DNA from: Macrostomum hystrix
Lineage: Eukaryota; Animalia; Platyhelminthes
Length of the DNA stretch: 64,000 nucleotides
Direction of reading: 5' to 3'
Assembly (NCBI GenBank): GCA_950097015.1
Contig: CATNEN010000002.1
Coordinates: forward strand, 8,804,001-8,868,000
Below the pieces are notes generated by a model. That model ran no database searches, was not told where the DNA came from, and saw only the letters and a list, made by a program, of their open reading frames with translations. Within the stretch, counting starts at the first letter, position 1. Every line of letters starts with the position of its first letter. Positions 51,350-64,000 of this stretch are shown piece by piece. A program made the position numbers and the translations under genes.

Positions 51350-51436
51350 GTTTTAGCGTTTTATATTTATGAGCGGTCACAGTGCAGGCACTGATACGCA
51401 AACGTCACCGGGTATGGAGAAGCAGGTAGAGAGCGC

Positions 51437-51757
<321 letters not shown>

Positions 51758-52477
51758 TTATCGAGTTCGATAGCACGTTTGAAGACTGAACAATTGAATG
51801 TATGACTGGGAGGATTTCGACGCGAATAAGTAAAGGGCCATGGGAAGGGGTTGGGGCACGGAGGGGGTGGGTGATTGCCCGAAAGAAAATTTATCGATCG
51901 GCCAAAATTTTCGCTTTTGTTTGTGAATTCGCACAATTTCCCCATGAAATTGCAAAGCAGATTCCAAAATGTTAACAAGTTGAAAATTATGGAAGGATTA
52001 TAAGTAAAATTAATTATGTTAATAGTAACAAGCTGGCATAGCTGGCTAAACAAGTCGTACAAAGATCAGTATGGAGCTAGATCGATTGCAAGAAAATGAC
52101 TGTTTTGTAGCCTACAAGAATTCTTGCTAGAAAATGTTTTTACGTATTATAAGAATTACCTAGTTGGCACGACTGTCGGTACCGACTCTAAGAAACCCTC
52201 AAGAAATTAGTCAACTAACTTGGATGATGCTGCTGATAGCAAAATTCAAACTGATCAAATGCACAACTCAATCATAGCTACCGTAGCTAGCTCTGTAGAC
52301 TCATAGCTTAAGCACTACTTTTTGTGAGTGCCTTAGTGGCTTAACATTGCCACTTCAGTTTGAGTATTCTTGCATTTAAAATTATATTCCGCTTTACACT
52401 TCTTGGCTAGGAGTTTAATAAGTATATGTTAAGAAACCTCTTTAAAATCGAAGTAACAACGAGCTTCTTGCTAAAAC

Positions 52478-52493
52478 GGCCCTTTTCAGGACC
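52478..52493 (+). terminator. Second histone-type stem-loop GGCCCTTTTCAGGACC, with no upstream histone ORF
   Basis: Context gctaaaacggcccttttcaggaccacca differs at one position from the H4 stem-loop context. Confidence 0.75.
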
Positions 52494-53718
52494 ACCAACG
52501 AGACTCAGAAGTTTCATGAAGGGATCCTGTTTATAGTAATTGCAGCAATTACGCACGCTGCTGCATTTTCAGCAAAAACTGAAATGTGAAGTGATTAACT
52601 CCAGTTAACAAATGAAAATATTTATTTCATTTTTATTTTTTACTTGGATCATTAAGGATTCTGAAAATCCACATCCGATATAGCTCCTGAAATAAGGTGA
52701 TAATCAGTGCTGGACTATTAACTGACTTCAAGTTTTTATTTTTCTTTAACCATGAAAACACGATACAGATAGTAGATAGAGGAAAGTTCATATAACGTGT
52801 GAGGCCAACATCGCAAACTTGATGTACCACAAAACAAATCGTACCTTAGTGTAAAGCAGGATTAACTTTCCTAAAGAATAAAGGTATTTATCAATGAAAA
52901 TAACAAAAATTAAAATCTTTGCGACATTTCTAGTTTGCGATCGTGCAGATTTTTTATTAGCCCATACCATGGTTTCCGGTAGTCTCAAAGTATTATTATA
53001 AGGATAGCACAAAGAATATGCAGTTTCTCATAAGCTGTTACTTATAGTAGGATGAAAAGAATTGCAATAAAACATAGTGAAACATTTTAAAGCGACACAA
53101 AAATGCGATGATATATTAAACTTTTTTTAATAAAAGAAGCCAAAATTTGATTTTTATTTACATGGGTTCGAATTGACCTCTAACAGGACTTTCTGTTTTT
53201 GAACACCAATGAAGCGAGTAGAAAAATAGCATAGGAAATGACGCTGGATAAGATTGATTTCAATACGACAGAGAAAAAGTAAAGTGGTTCGCAGAAAATA
53301 ATTTTTTTCCTACATAAGCAGCCTAAGTAAAATATTAACGGCTTGTTCTCATTTTTTTCCTTTTTTGATACATGTCGCCTAGATATAGTGAAGGCAATCT
53401 ATTTAATATGTACCCGTTTTTATGAATGAATGAAAATAGAATTTTTTGTAAGAGTTGTAAACTACGTGTCTATTCTACCATTACAACATTTAATTTTGTT
53501 CTTACAGATATACACAAAAATAATGATAAAAATCATACCTCGCTACTGATGACAAAATGAAGAGTAGCCGAGTACGGACATGTTAAACTGATTTTGTCGC
53601 TCGCAAAACTACAAAAAGTAGATTAATAAGGTGACACAAAGAGGTTAAACTAGACGATTAGGATGACAACAATTCAGTTTTTTTAGCGAGAAAATGTCCA
53701 GCCTCGCCTCAGACGGCC

Positions 53719-53978
53719 TTAGAGAGTCTCGCCAAAGTGACTGTGCACGTGCTCCTCATAGTCGGTCTGATTCTCAAAGTCGGAGGCATTGCACACGGGG
53801 CAGACTCGGACCGATTCAGGGGCCGGGCCGAGGGCGATGAGCGGCTGCTCGGATTCCTCCTCGTTGTCGAGATGCGGCGGGCGATGGATGACGGTGACGA
53901 TGGCGACCTCGCGATCATCGTCGGCCTCGTCGTCGTCGCCAAGCGCGTCGTGAAACACTTCAGCTGGCTCTGCGGCTG

Positions 53979-54015
<37 letters not shown>

Positions 54016-54096
54016 AAGGTGGCGGAACTGCTGTTGTGAGTCCCGCAGCTTCTTCATCAGCCGCTTGTATTCCATGGCGCCCTGCTTGAGCCGCTC
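53719..54096 (-). CDS. TAX1BP1: TAX1BP1/CALCOCO2-like autophagy receptor, last exon with UBZ zinc finger
   Basis: Acceptor CATGCAG|GAG; ERLKQGAMEYK...CPVCNASDFENQTDYEEHVHSHF is a UBZ-type finger. Confidence 0.8.
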
Positions 54097-54164
54097 CTGC
54101 ATGGTGAGTTCGATTTTTCACTTATTTTCCAAATCCCAAATCAAACAAACGTTTAGGCTGGGGG

Positions 54165-54475
54165 GTTCGGCGGCAGAGCGGTTATCGCGTTTGTCTCTCG
54201 CACCACGGTCCCTGATCTCGATTCTACGGCGAGGCCACATTTATTTGGGGGCTTGTCGTGCAATTTACGCCCCTAAGGGCCAACCTCCAAGGCACAGTGA
54301 GAGTGTACACTGCCTGACGATGAGAAAGTCAGGGCAGATGTACACGCCTGCATGTGTGAGCGTGTGCCTGCGTACAGTATCCGTGTGCATGTGTGCTAAG
54401 GAGTCAGCGGAATGGGCCGAATTGCCTCCTCGCAGGCTGCGGGTCTAGTGTCACCAAATGATGTCTTCAGGCAAT
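54165..54475 (+). mobile_element. tRNA-derived SINE, family B, near full length, in the last intron of the TAX1BP1-like gene
   Basis: Head gagcggttatcgcg...gatctcgattc; body shared with the 43.3-kb and 27.7-kb copies. Confidence 0.8.
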
Positions 54476-54652
54476 CTTCAGGCACTCGTCGGTCATTGCA
54501 TAGAATAATGCAATTATAGGCTTCCCAAATCCCAATTCCAAATTAACTTTAGGTTTTCAGAATCCTAAATCAAACAAAATTTTAGTCTTCTTAAATCCCA
54601 AATCCCACCAAATTGTAGCTTTTCTAAGCCTACAGTGCCAAACAGATCTAAC

Positions 54653-55078
54653 CTGCAGGTCGGAGGCACACTGGTGCAGCCGCTCCTCTCGCTGCAGCAT
54701 CTGCTTGTTGCACTGGATAACCTCGTCGTACTTGACCTTCATCAGGCGCTCCCGATCGCTGGCCGAGTGGAACTGCTTCTTGACGCCCTCGTAGGCGGTC
54801 AGCAGGCTGGCGTGGCGGGCCGCCAGCGCCTGCAGATCGGCGGTGGCTGCGGCAGCGGCGGCCGACTCTTGCTGACTTTGGCGGAGCTGCTGCAGCTCGG
54901 CTAGCAGCTGGCCAATGTGCTGGTCAGACTGGGCGAGCCGCTGCTGCAGCTGCTGATTTTCGTCCAGCAGCTGCTGTTGCTGCTGCTGCGCCTCCGCGCG
55001 CACCTGCTGGAGCTCCTGATCGCGCTGGGCCTGCTTGGTGGCTGTTGCGGCCTCGGAAGCCTCCAGAGCCACCTGAGT
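54653..55078 (-). CDS. TAX1BP1: TAX1BP1-like coiled-coil exon (alternative acceptor at 55072)
   Basis: Acceptors TCTCAG|ACTCAG|GTG, both phase 0; donor CAG|GTTAGA (phase 0). Confidence 0.8.
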
Positions 55079-55269
55079 CTGAGAGACGAAAGGGGCAGAC
55101 ACCAGTTAAGGAGGCCATGGGTTTTAAGGCTTTGATATAAATTATAATTAATCGGCATGACGAATTAGAAATTATCACTAGCAAGTTTTGCCCCCCTTCG
55201 GGGAGCAGAAATACTTTTAATTCGTCTAGTATATACTTTTTAGCAGCTGAATTTACAGCTTTTTAAAGC

Positions 55270-56690
55270 TACAATGATCCCCCAGTTGACAATGATCCCC
55301 CAGTTGACAATGATCCCCCAGTTGACAATGATCCCCCAGTTAACAAAGATCCCCCAGTTCACAATGATCCCCCAGTTGATGAAGTCTCCCCATTGATGAT
55401 GATCCCCAGTTAACAATGTTCTTCCATTTGACAATGTTCCCCCAGTTGACAATGATCCCCCAGTTGATGATGATCACCCAGTTGACAATGATCCCCCAGT
55501 TGAAAATGATCCCCCAGTTGACAATGATCCCCCATTTGACAATGATCCCCCAGTTGACAATGATCCCCCAGTTAACAAAGATCCCCCAGTTCACAATGAT
55601 CCCCCAGTTGATGAAGTCTCCCCATTGATGATGATCCCCAGTTAACAATGTTCCTCCATTTGACAATGTTCCCCCAGTTAACAATGATCCCCCAGTTGAT
55701 GATGATCACCCAGTTGACAATGATCCCCCAGTTGACAATGATCCCCCAGTTGACAATGATCCCCCAGTTGACAATGATCCCCCAGTTGACAATGATCCCC
55801 CAGTTAATGATGATCCCCCAGTTGAAAATGATCCCCCAGTTGACAATGATCCCCCAGTTGAGAATGATCCCCCAGTTGACAATGATCCCCCAGTTAACAA
55901 AGATCCCCCAGTTCACAATGATCCCCCAGTTGATGAAGTCTCCCCATTGATGATGATCCCTAGTTAACAATGTTCCTCCAGTTGACAATGTTCCCCCAGT
56001 TGACAATGATCCCCCAGTTGATGATGATCCCCCAGTTGACAATGATCCCCCAGTTGACAATGATCCCCCAGTTGACAATGATCCCCCAGTTGACAATGAT
56101 CCCGCCGGTTGACAACGATCCCACAGTTGACAATGAACCCCCAGTTGACAATGATCCCCCAGTTGATGATGATCCCCCAGTTGACAATGATATCCCAGTT
56201 GACAATGATCCCCCAGTTGACAATGAACCCCCAGTTGACAACGATCCCCCAGTTGACAATGATCCCCCAGTTGACAATGATCCCCCAGTTGACAATGATC
56301 CCACAGTATACAATGATCCCCCAGTTGACAAAGATCCCCCAGTTCTCAATGATCCCCCAGTTGATGATGATCCCCAGTTGATGATGATTCCCCAGTTGAC
56401 AATTATCCCCCAGTTGACCATTACCCCCCACTTGACAATGATCTCTCAGTTCACAATGATCCCCCAGTTGACAATGAACCCCCAGTTGACAATGAACCCC
56501 CAGTTGACAAAGATCCCCCAGTTGACAATGATCCCCCATTTGACAATGATCCCCCAGTTGACAATGATCCCCCAGTTGACAATGATCCCCCGGTTGACAT
56601 TGATCCCCCAGTCGACAATTATCCCCCAGTTTACCATGATCCCCCAGTTCACCATGATCCCCATTTTGATGATGACTCCCCAGTTGACGT
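55270..56690. repeat. Intronic minisatellite, 18-nt unit gacaatgatcccccagtt, with internal block duplications
   Basis: 18-nt period explains the hexapeptide-repeat ORFs (NWGIIV, TGGSLS, QLTMIP, VDNDPP). Confidence 0.97.
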
Positions 56691-56699
56691 TGATTTTTC

Positions 56700-59600
56700 A
56701 AACAGGTTAGCCAAGATTCAAACTCAGGTTTCGCCATGTTTTAAACCCTGGTGGGCTATGATTCAAACTCTCGTTTTGCCATGATTCAGACTCTGGTTGG
56801 CTATGATTCAAACTCTGGTTTAGCCATGATTCAGACGCTGGTTTAGCCATGATTCAGACGCTGGTTTAGCCATGATTGAAACTCTGGTTTAGCCATGATT
56901 CAAACTCTGGTTTAGCCATGATTCAGACTCTAGTTTAGCCATGATTCAGACTCTGGTTTAGCCATGATTCAGACTCTAGTTTAGCCATGATTCAGACTCT
57001 GGTTTAGCCATGATTCAGACTCTAGTTTAGCCATGATTCAGACTCTGGTTTAGCCATGATTCAGACTCTATTTTAGCCATGATTCAGACTATGGTTTAGC
57101 CATGATTCAGACTCCAGTTTTGCCATGATTCAGACTCTGGTTTAGCCATGATTCAGACTCTGGTTTAGCCATGATTCAGACTATGGTTAAGCCATGATTC
57201 AGACTCTGGTTTAGCCATGATTCAGACTCTAGTTTAGCCATGATTCAGACTCTGGTTTAGCCATGATTCAGACTCTATTTTAGCCATGATTCAGACTATG
57301 GTTTAGCCATGATTCAGACTCCAGTTTTGCCATGATTCAGACTCTGGTTTAGCCATGATTCAGACTCTGGTTTAGCCATGATTCAGACTCTGGTTAAGCC
57401 ATGATTCAGACTCTGGTTTAGCCATGATTCAGACGCTGGTTTAGCCATGATTCAGACTCTAGTTTAGCCATGATTCAGACTCTGGTTTAGCCATGATTCA
57501 GACTCTAGTTTAGCCATGATTCAGACTCCAGTTTTGCCATGATTCAGACTCTGGTTTAGCCATGATTCAGACTCTGGTTTAGCCATGATTCAGACTCTGG
57601 TTAAGCCATGATTCAGACTCTGGTTTAGCCATGATTCAGACGCTGGTTTAGCCATGATTCAGACTCTAGTTTAGCCATGATTCAGACTCTGGTTTAGCCA
57701 TGATTCAGACTCTGGTTTAGCCATGATTCAGACTCTAGTTTAGCCATGATTCAGACTCTAGTTTAGCCATGATTCAGACTCTGGTTTAGCCATGATTCAG
57801 ACTCTATTTTAGCCATGATTCAGACTATGGTTTAGCCATGATTCAGACTCCAGTTTTGCCATGATTCAGACTCTGGTTTAGCCATGATTCAGACTCTGGT
57901 TTAGCCATGATTCAGACTATGGTTAAGCCATGATTCAGACTCTGGTTTAGCCATGATTCAGACTCTAGTTTAGCCATGATTCAGACTCTGGTTTAGCCAT
58001 GATTCAGACTCTATTTTAGCCATGATTCAGACTATGGTTTAGCCATGATTCAGACTCCAGTTTTGCCATGATTCAGACTCTGGTTTAGCCATGATTCAGA
58101 CTCTGGTTTAGCCATGATTCAGACTCTGGTTAAGCCATGATTCAGACTCTGGTTTAGCCATGATTCAGACGCTGGTTTAGCCATGATTCAGACTCTAGTT
58201 TAGCCATGATTCAGACTCTGGTTTAGCCATGATTCAGACTCTAGTTTAGCCATGATTCAGACTCCAGTTTTGCCATGATTCAGACTCTGGTTTAGCCATG
58301 ATTCAGACTCTGGTTTAGCCATGATTCAGACTCTGGTTAAGCCATGATTCAGACTCTGGTTTAGCCATGATTCAGACTCTGGTTTAGCCATGATTCAGAC
58401 TCTAGTTTAGCCATGATTCAGACTCTGGTTTAGCCATGATTCAGACTCTAGTTTAGCCATGATTCAGACTCTGGTTTAGCCATGATTCAGACTCTAGTTT
58501 AGCCATGATTCAGACTCTGGTTTAGCCATGATTCAGACTCTATTTTAGCCATGATTCAGACTATGGTTTAGCCATGATTCAGACTCCAGTTTTGCCATGA
58601 TTCAGACTCTGGTTTAGCCATGATTCAGACTCTGGTTTAGCCATGATTCAGACTATGGTTAAGCCATGATTCAGACTCTGGTTTAGCCATGATTCAGACT
58701 CTAGTTTAGCCATGATTCAGACTCTGGTTTAGCCATGATTCAGACTCTATTTTAGCCATGATTCAGACTATGGTTTAGCCATGATTCAGACTCCAGTTTT
58801 GCCATGATTCAGACTCTGGTTTAGCCATGATTCAGACTCTGGTTTAGCCATGATTCAGACTCTGGTTAAGCCATGATTCAGACTCTGGTTTAGCCATGAT
58901 TCAGACGCTGGTTTAGCCATGATTCAGACTCTAGTTTAGCCATGATTCAGACTCTGGTTTAGCCATGATTCAGACTCTAGTTTAGCCATGATTCAGACTC
59001 CAGTTTTGCCATGATTCAGACTCTGGTTTAGCCATGATTCAGACTCTGGTTTAGCCATGATTCAGACTCTGGTTAAGCCATGATTCAGACTCTGGTTTAG
59101 CCATGATTCAGACGCTGGTTTAGCCATGATTCAGACTCTAGTTTAGCCATGATTCAGACTCTGGTTTAGCCATGATTCAGACTCTGGTTTAGCCATGATT
59201 CAGACTCTAGTTTAGCCATGATTCAGACTCTAGTTTAGCCATGATTCAGACTCTGGTTTAGCCATGATTCAGACTCTATTTTAGCCATGATTCAGACTAT
59301 GGTTTAGCCATGATTCAGACTCCAGTTTTGCCATGATTCAGACTCTGGTTTAGCCATGATTCAGACTCTGGTTTAGCCATGATTCAGACTATGGTTAAGC
59401 CATGATTCAGACTCTGGTTTAGCCATGATTCAGACTCTAGTTTAGCCATGATTCAGACTCTGGTTTAGCCATGATTCAGACTCTATTTTAGCCATGATTC
59501 AGACTATGGTTTAGCCATGATTCAGACTCCAGTTTTGCCATGATTCAGACTCTGGTTTAGCCATGATTCAGACTCTGGTTTAGCCATGATTCAGACTCTG

Positions 59601-61950
59601 GTTAAGCCATGATTCAGACTCTGGTTTAGCCATGATTCAGACGCTGGTTTAGCCATGATTCAGACTCTAGTTTAGCCATGATTCAGACTCTGGTTTAGCC
59701 ATGATTCAGACTCTAGTTTAGCCATGATTCAGACTCCAGTTTTGCCATGATTCAGACTCTGGTTTAGCCATGATTCAGACTCTGGTTTAGCCATGATTCA
59801 GACTCTGGTTAAGCCATGATTCAGACTCTGGTTTAGCCATGATTCAGACTCTGGTTTAGCCATGATTCAGACTCTGGTTTAGCCATGATTCAGACTCTGG
59901 TTTAGCCATGATTCAGACTCTATTTTAGCCATGATTCAGACTATGGTTTAGCCATGATTCAGACTCCAGTTTTGCCATGATTCAGACTCTGTTTTAGCCA
60001 TGATTCAGACTCTGGTTTAGCCATGATTCAAACTCTGGTTAAGCCATGATTCAAACTCTGGTTTAGCCATGATTCAAACTCTGCTTTAGCCATGATTCAG
60101 ACGCTGGTTTAGCCATAATTCAGACTCTGGTTAAGCCATGATTCAAACTCTGGTTTAGCCATGATTCAAACTCTGGTTTAGCCATGATTCAGACGCTGGT
60201 TTAGCCATGATTCAGACTCTGGTTTAGCCATGATTCAGACTCTGGTTTAGCCATGATTCAGACTCTGGTTTAGCCATGATTCAAACTCTGGTTAAGCCAT
60301 GATTCAGACTCTGGTTTAGCCATGATTCAGACTCTATTTTAGCCATGATTCAGACTATGGTTTAGCCATGATTCAGACTCCAGTTTTGCCATGATTCAGA
60401 CTCTGGTTTAGCCATGATTCAGACTCTGGTTTAGCCATGATTCAGACTCTGGTTAAGCCATGATTCAGACTCTGGTTTAGCCATGATTCAGACTCTGGTT
60501 TAGCCATGATTCAGACTCTGGTTAAGCCATGATTCAGACTCTGGTTTAGCCATGATTCAGACTCTGGTTTAGCCATGATTCAGACGCTGGTTTAGCCATG
60601 ATTCAGACTCTAGTTTAGCCATGATTCAGACTCTGGTTTAGCCATGATTCAGACTCTAGTTTAGCCATGATTCAGACTCTGGTTTAGCCATGATTCAGAC
60701 TCTATTTTAGCCATGATTCAGACTATGGTTTAGCCATGATTCAGACTCCAGTTTTGCCATGATTCAGACTCTGGTTTAGCCATGATTCAGACTCTGGTTT
60801 AGCCATGATTCAGACTCTGGTTAAGCCATGATTCAGACGCTGGTTTAGCCATGATTTAAATTCTGGTTAAGCCATGATTCAGACTCTGGTTTAGCCATGA
60901 TTCAAACTCTGGTTAAGCCATGATTCAAACTCTGGTTTAGCCATGATTCAAACTCTGCTTTAGCCATGATTCAGACGCTGGTTTAGCCATGATTCAGACT
61001 CTGGTTAAGCCATGATTCAAACTCTGGTTTAGCCATGATTCAAACTCTGGTTTAGCCATGATTCAGACGCTGGTTTAGCCATGATTCAGACTCTGGTTTA
61101 GCCATGATTCAGACTCTGGTTTAGCCATGATTCAGACTCTGGTTAAGCCATGATTCAGACTCTGGTTTAGCCATGATTCAAACTCTGCTTTAGCCATGAT
61201 TCAGACGCTGGTTTAGCCATGATTCAGACTCTGGTTAAGCCATGATTCAAACTCTGGTTTAGCCATGATTCAAACTCTGGTTTAGCCATGATTCAGACGC
61301 TGGTTTAGCCATGATTCAGACTCTATTTTAGCCATGATTGAAACTCTGGTTTAGCCATGATTCAAACTCTGGTTAAGCCATGATTCAGACTCTGGTTTAG
61401 CCATGATTCAGACTCTATTTTAGCCATGATTCAGACTATGGTTTAGCCATGATTCAGACTCCAGTTTTGCCATGATTCAGACTCTGGTTTAGCCATGATT
61501 CAGACGCTGGTTTAGCCATGATTCAGACTCTGGTTTAGCCATGATTCAGACTCTGGTTTAGCCATGATTCAGACTCTGGTTTAGCCATGATTCAAACTCT
61601 GGTTAAGCCATGATTCAGACTCTGGTTTAGCCATGATTCAGACTCTATTTTAGCCATGATTCAGACTATGGTTTAGCAATGATTCAGACTCCAGTTTTGC
61701 CATGATTCAGACTCTGGTTTAGCCATGATTCAGACTCTGGTTTAGCCATGATTCAGACTCTGGTTAAGCCATGATTCAGACTCTGGTTTAGCCATGATTT
61801 AAATTCTGGTTAAGCCATGATTCAGACTCTGGTTTAGCCATGATTCAAACTCTGGTTAAGCCATGGTTCAAACTCTGGTTTAGCCATGATTCAGACGCTG
61901 ATTTAGCCATGATTCAAGCTCTATTTTTGCCATGATTCAAATTCAGATTT
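56700..61950. repeat. Intronic minisatellite, 23-nt unit ccatgattcagactctggtttag, about 225 copies, with a 736-nt higher-order period
   Basis: Variant ctctatttt recurs at alternating 207- and 529-nt intervals. Confidence 0.98.
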
Positions 61951-62329
61951 GCTATGATTTATGATATTTTATTTACGAAATGAAAAAATAAATTAAAATA
62001 ATCTTCAATCACTACTGGCTGAAAATTAGTCTAAATGATTTGACGCAGTGCAGAATCGAACCCTAGCCTAGCCTATAACCTATTCCTAGTGCCTACACAT
62101 CGGCTATTCCGACTGTTGGTTAGTGGGTGCAAAAATCAGCCTTATAAAATGAATTCTCAAAGTTCTGGCTTTGTACAATGAAGTAAGAAAATAGAGTACA
62201 CTCAGTCTCGCGGTTGGTTGTGTACATTTATTTCCAATTTGTCTCCAGAGTGCAGGCTTCAAATTCAATCAGCTAGGGGTTGTTGCGCAATTTGACGACG
62301 CAATTCTAATTCAGTGGCTGTCAGTGAAA

Positions 62330-62548
62330 TTCTCAATAGGCCAAGATGGTTTGACCTTTGAAAAAATCATGTTTTTCGAATATTTAATCCCTTTAGCAAT
62401 AAAGTTAAGCTTAATAAAAATACGTGTATAATTGTCCCCATATTTAGCATCTTTTGGTGAAGAAATGGTGAAAATCGGTTGAGCCGTTCGGGAGAAAATC
62501 AATTACAAGCAACCAACCAACCAACCAAGCATTTCATTTTTAGTATAG
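62330..62548 (+). mobile_element. Possible non-autonomous Helitron-like element (Lep1/DINE-1-style 3' end); 5' boundary uncertain
   Basis: aaaatcggttgagccgttcgggag short hairpin, (AACC)n microsatellite, and end tttttagtatag; recognised by resemblance only. Confidence 0.45.
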
Positions 62549-62569
62549 TGGATTGATGGTCATCGACAA

Positions 62570-62750
62570 AAAATTGTCATAAAAATCATACATGATTATC
62601 TATGGTCATGAGAAATGATCATTGACGGTCATTGATCATGGATGGTCATTATCCATTACAAATGATCATGGATGGTCATTATCCATCAGAAATAATTATG
62701 GATGGTCATTATCCATCAGAAATAATTATGGATGGTCATTATCCATCAGA
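62570..62750. repeat. Intronic minisatellite, 30-nt unit atggatggtcattatccatcagaaataatt, degenerate upstream
   Basis: About 4-5 copies next to the donor at 62760. Confidence 0.85.
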
Positions 62751-62760
62751 AATGACGCAC

Positions 62761-63244
62761 CTCAGCCAGCAGGTCGGTGGCCTGTTTCTCTCGCTGTCTG
62801 GCAGCTTCCAGTTCTTGGATTGTCGACAGCAGCTGGGCGTCGAGCACGTCAGCAGCGCCACGGCAGGCCTGCAGCTCCTCCACCAGCCGCTGCCGCTCAG
62901 CCGCGTGCAGCTCTAGCGACTGGCGGGCCGCATTCGCCTGATCCCCGGCTGCGTCGGCGTCTCGCGTCGCCTCCTCAAGGCGGCGCAGCAGCCGCTGTCG
63001 TTCGTCTTCAGCATCGACAAGGCGGGCCGCCTGCGCCTGGCGCCAGTCCTCCTGACGCCGCAGCTCCGCGCGCAGCCGATTGGCGTCCGACTCGGCGTCG
63101 GCAGCGCGAGATTCGGCGGTCGTGAGCCGCTCGGTGAGCTCGACCAGCTCGGCGCGCAGTCGCTCGGTGGCGCTCTCTGCAGCGGAGCTCCGAGCCGCCT
63201 GCTCCAGCCGCATCGTGGCCAACTCGCTCTCCAGCTGGGCGGTC
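62761..63244 (-). CDS. TAX1BP1: TAX1BP1-like coiled-coil exon
   Basis: Acceptor GTTCAG|G completes AGG in phase 2; RTAQLESEL...DLLAE; donor GAG|GTGCGT (phase 0). Confidence 0.8.
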
Positions 63245-63249
63245 CTGAA

Positions 63250-63785
63250 CAATGGGGGCGGATTGGCAGGGGCAGATGAGTCAAGAATACAGGCGGGTTC
63301 ATGGACTGAATTGTGGATAGGGGCGGATTTGACAGCTCCAGTGGTGAATGGGGGCGGATTTGGCAGCTCCAGTGGTGAATGGGGGCGGATTTGGCAGCCC
63401 CAGTGATGAATGGGGGCGGATTTGGCAGCTCCAGCGGTGAATAGGGGCGGACTTGGCAGCTCCTGTGATAAATGGGGGCGGATTTGACGGCTGCAGTGGT
63501 GAATGGGGGCGGATTTGACAGCTGCAGTGGTGAATGGGGGCGGATTTGGCAGCTCCAGTGGTGAATGGGGGCGGATTTGGCAGCCCCAGTGATGAATGGG
63601 GGCGGATTTGGCAGCTCCAGCGGTGAATAGGGGCGGACTTGGCAGCTCCTGTGATAAATGGGGGCGGATTTGACGGCTGCAGTGGTGAATGGGGGCGGAT
63701 TTGACAGCTGCAGTGGTGAATGGGGGCGGATTTGACAGCTGCAGTGGTGAATGGGGGCGGATTCGGCAGCTACAGTGGGGCGGAT
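63250..63785. repeat. Intronic minisatellite, 31-nt unit ggggcggatttggcagctccagtggtgaatg, with a duplicated 186-nt (6-unit) block
   Basis: Fills most of the 572-nt intron 63816-63245. Confidence 0.93.
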
Positions 63786-63816
63786 CTGCGGGTCGCAGAG
63801 GCACCTGAAGACGCAC

Positions 63817-64000
63817 CTGGCTGACACGACAACGCCCTGAAGCTCCTCGTCCAGCTCGGCCACAAAGTCGTCAGCCGGGGCCGCCCGGAACAGGAACGGC
63901 GTGCTGGCGCCCTTCACGAGGCCGCCAGGAGCTGCGAAGCAGAACTGGTAGAAGTCGCGGGTGTCCTTCGGCAGCTGGCCCGGGCTGAACACGGCGGCCA
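63817..64000 (-). CDS. TAX1BP1: TAX1BP1-like exon with the C-terminal part of the SKICH domain (partial; gene starts beyond the window)
   Basis: LPKDTRDFYQFCF...LVKGASTPFLFR matches the SKICH motif FYQFCY...RGASTPFQFR; donor AG|GTGCGT (phase 2). Confidence 0.88.

Noticed and set aside
52056-52245. Possible H3 remnant (tcgtacaaag, aagaaaccc, ctgctgata)
   Set aside because: Spacings are about 134 and 40 nt, whereas H3 requires about 102 and 72 nt
55240-56737. Hexapeptide-repeat ORFs resembling beta-helix or ice-binding proteins (NWGIIV, TGGSLS, VDNDPP)
   Set aside because: An 18-nt unit opens several frames on both strands at once; lies in an intron; frame-shifting variants occur
63245-63816. 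Continuation of the SKICH ORF through a Pro/His/Ser repeat
   Set aside because: Canonical GT and AG sites with matching phase 2 remove it as a minisatellite intron

Overview
Eukaryotic (animal) genomic DNA: GC-rich spliced exons, AT-rich introns and many minisatellites. The style resembles a free-living flatworm such as Macrostomum lignano (inference, not verified). Genes reconstructed by hand from splice sites and phases: a 4-exon C2H2 zinc-finger gene (+, 4697-26545, about 1055 aa, 16.7-kb first intron); an unknown 2-exon gene with a 30-nt intron (-, 35341-34145); an intronless degenerate FHA-domain gene (+); SSU72 (+, 3 coding exons); WDR55-like (+, 4 exons); an intronless 662-aa unknown ORF (+); a lone replication-dependent histone H4 with 3' stem-loop (-); and the 3' part of a TAX1BP1/CALCOCO2-like SKICH-coiled-coil-UBZ gene (-, runs off the window end). 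Two tRNA-derived SINE families, a possible Helitron-like element and about 14 tandem arrays (18-37-nt units, two with higher-order structure) are present. Most interesting: an orphan histone stem-loop divergent from H4 with no histone ORF; introns filled almost edge to edge by unrelated minisatellites, one of which repeats a 5' splice site; two 30-nt GT-AG introns; and an antisense Ala/Thr-rich ORF with about 15 N-glycosylation sequons inside the zinc-finger intron. No CRISPR, rRNA or intact tRNA gene was recognised.
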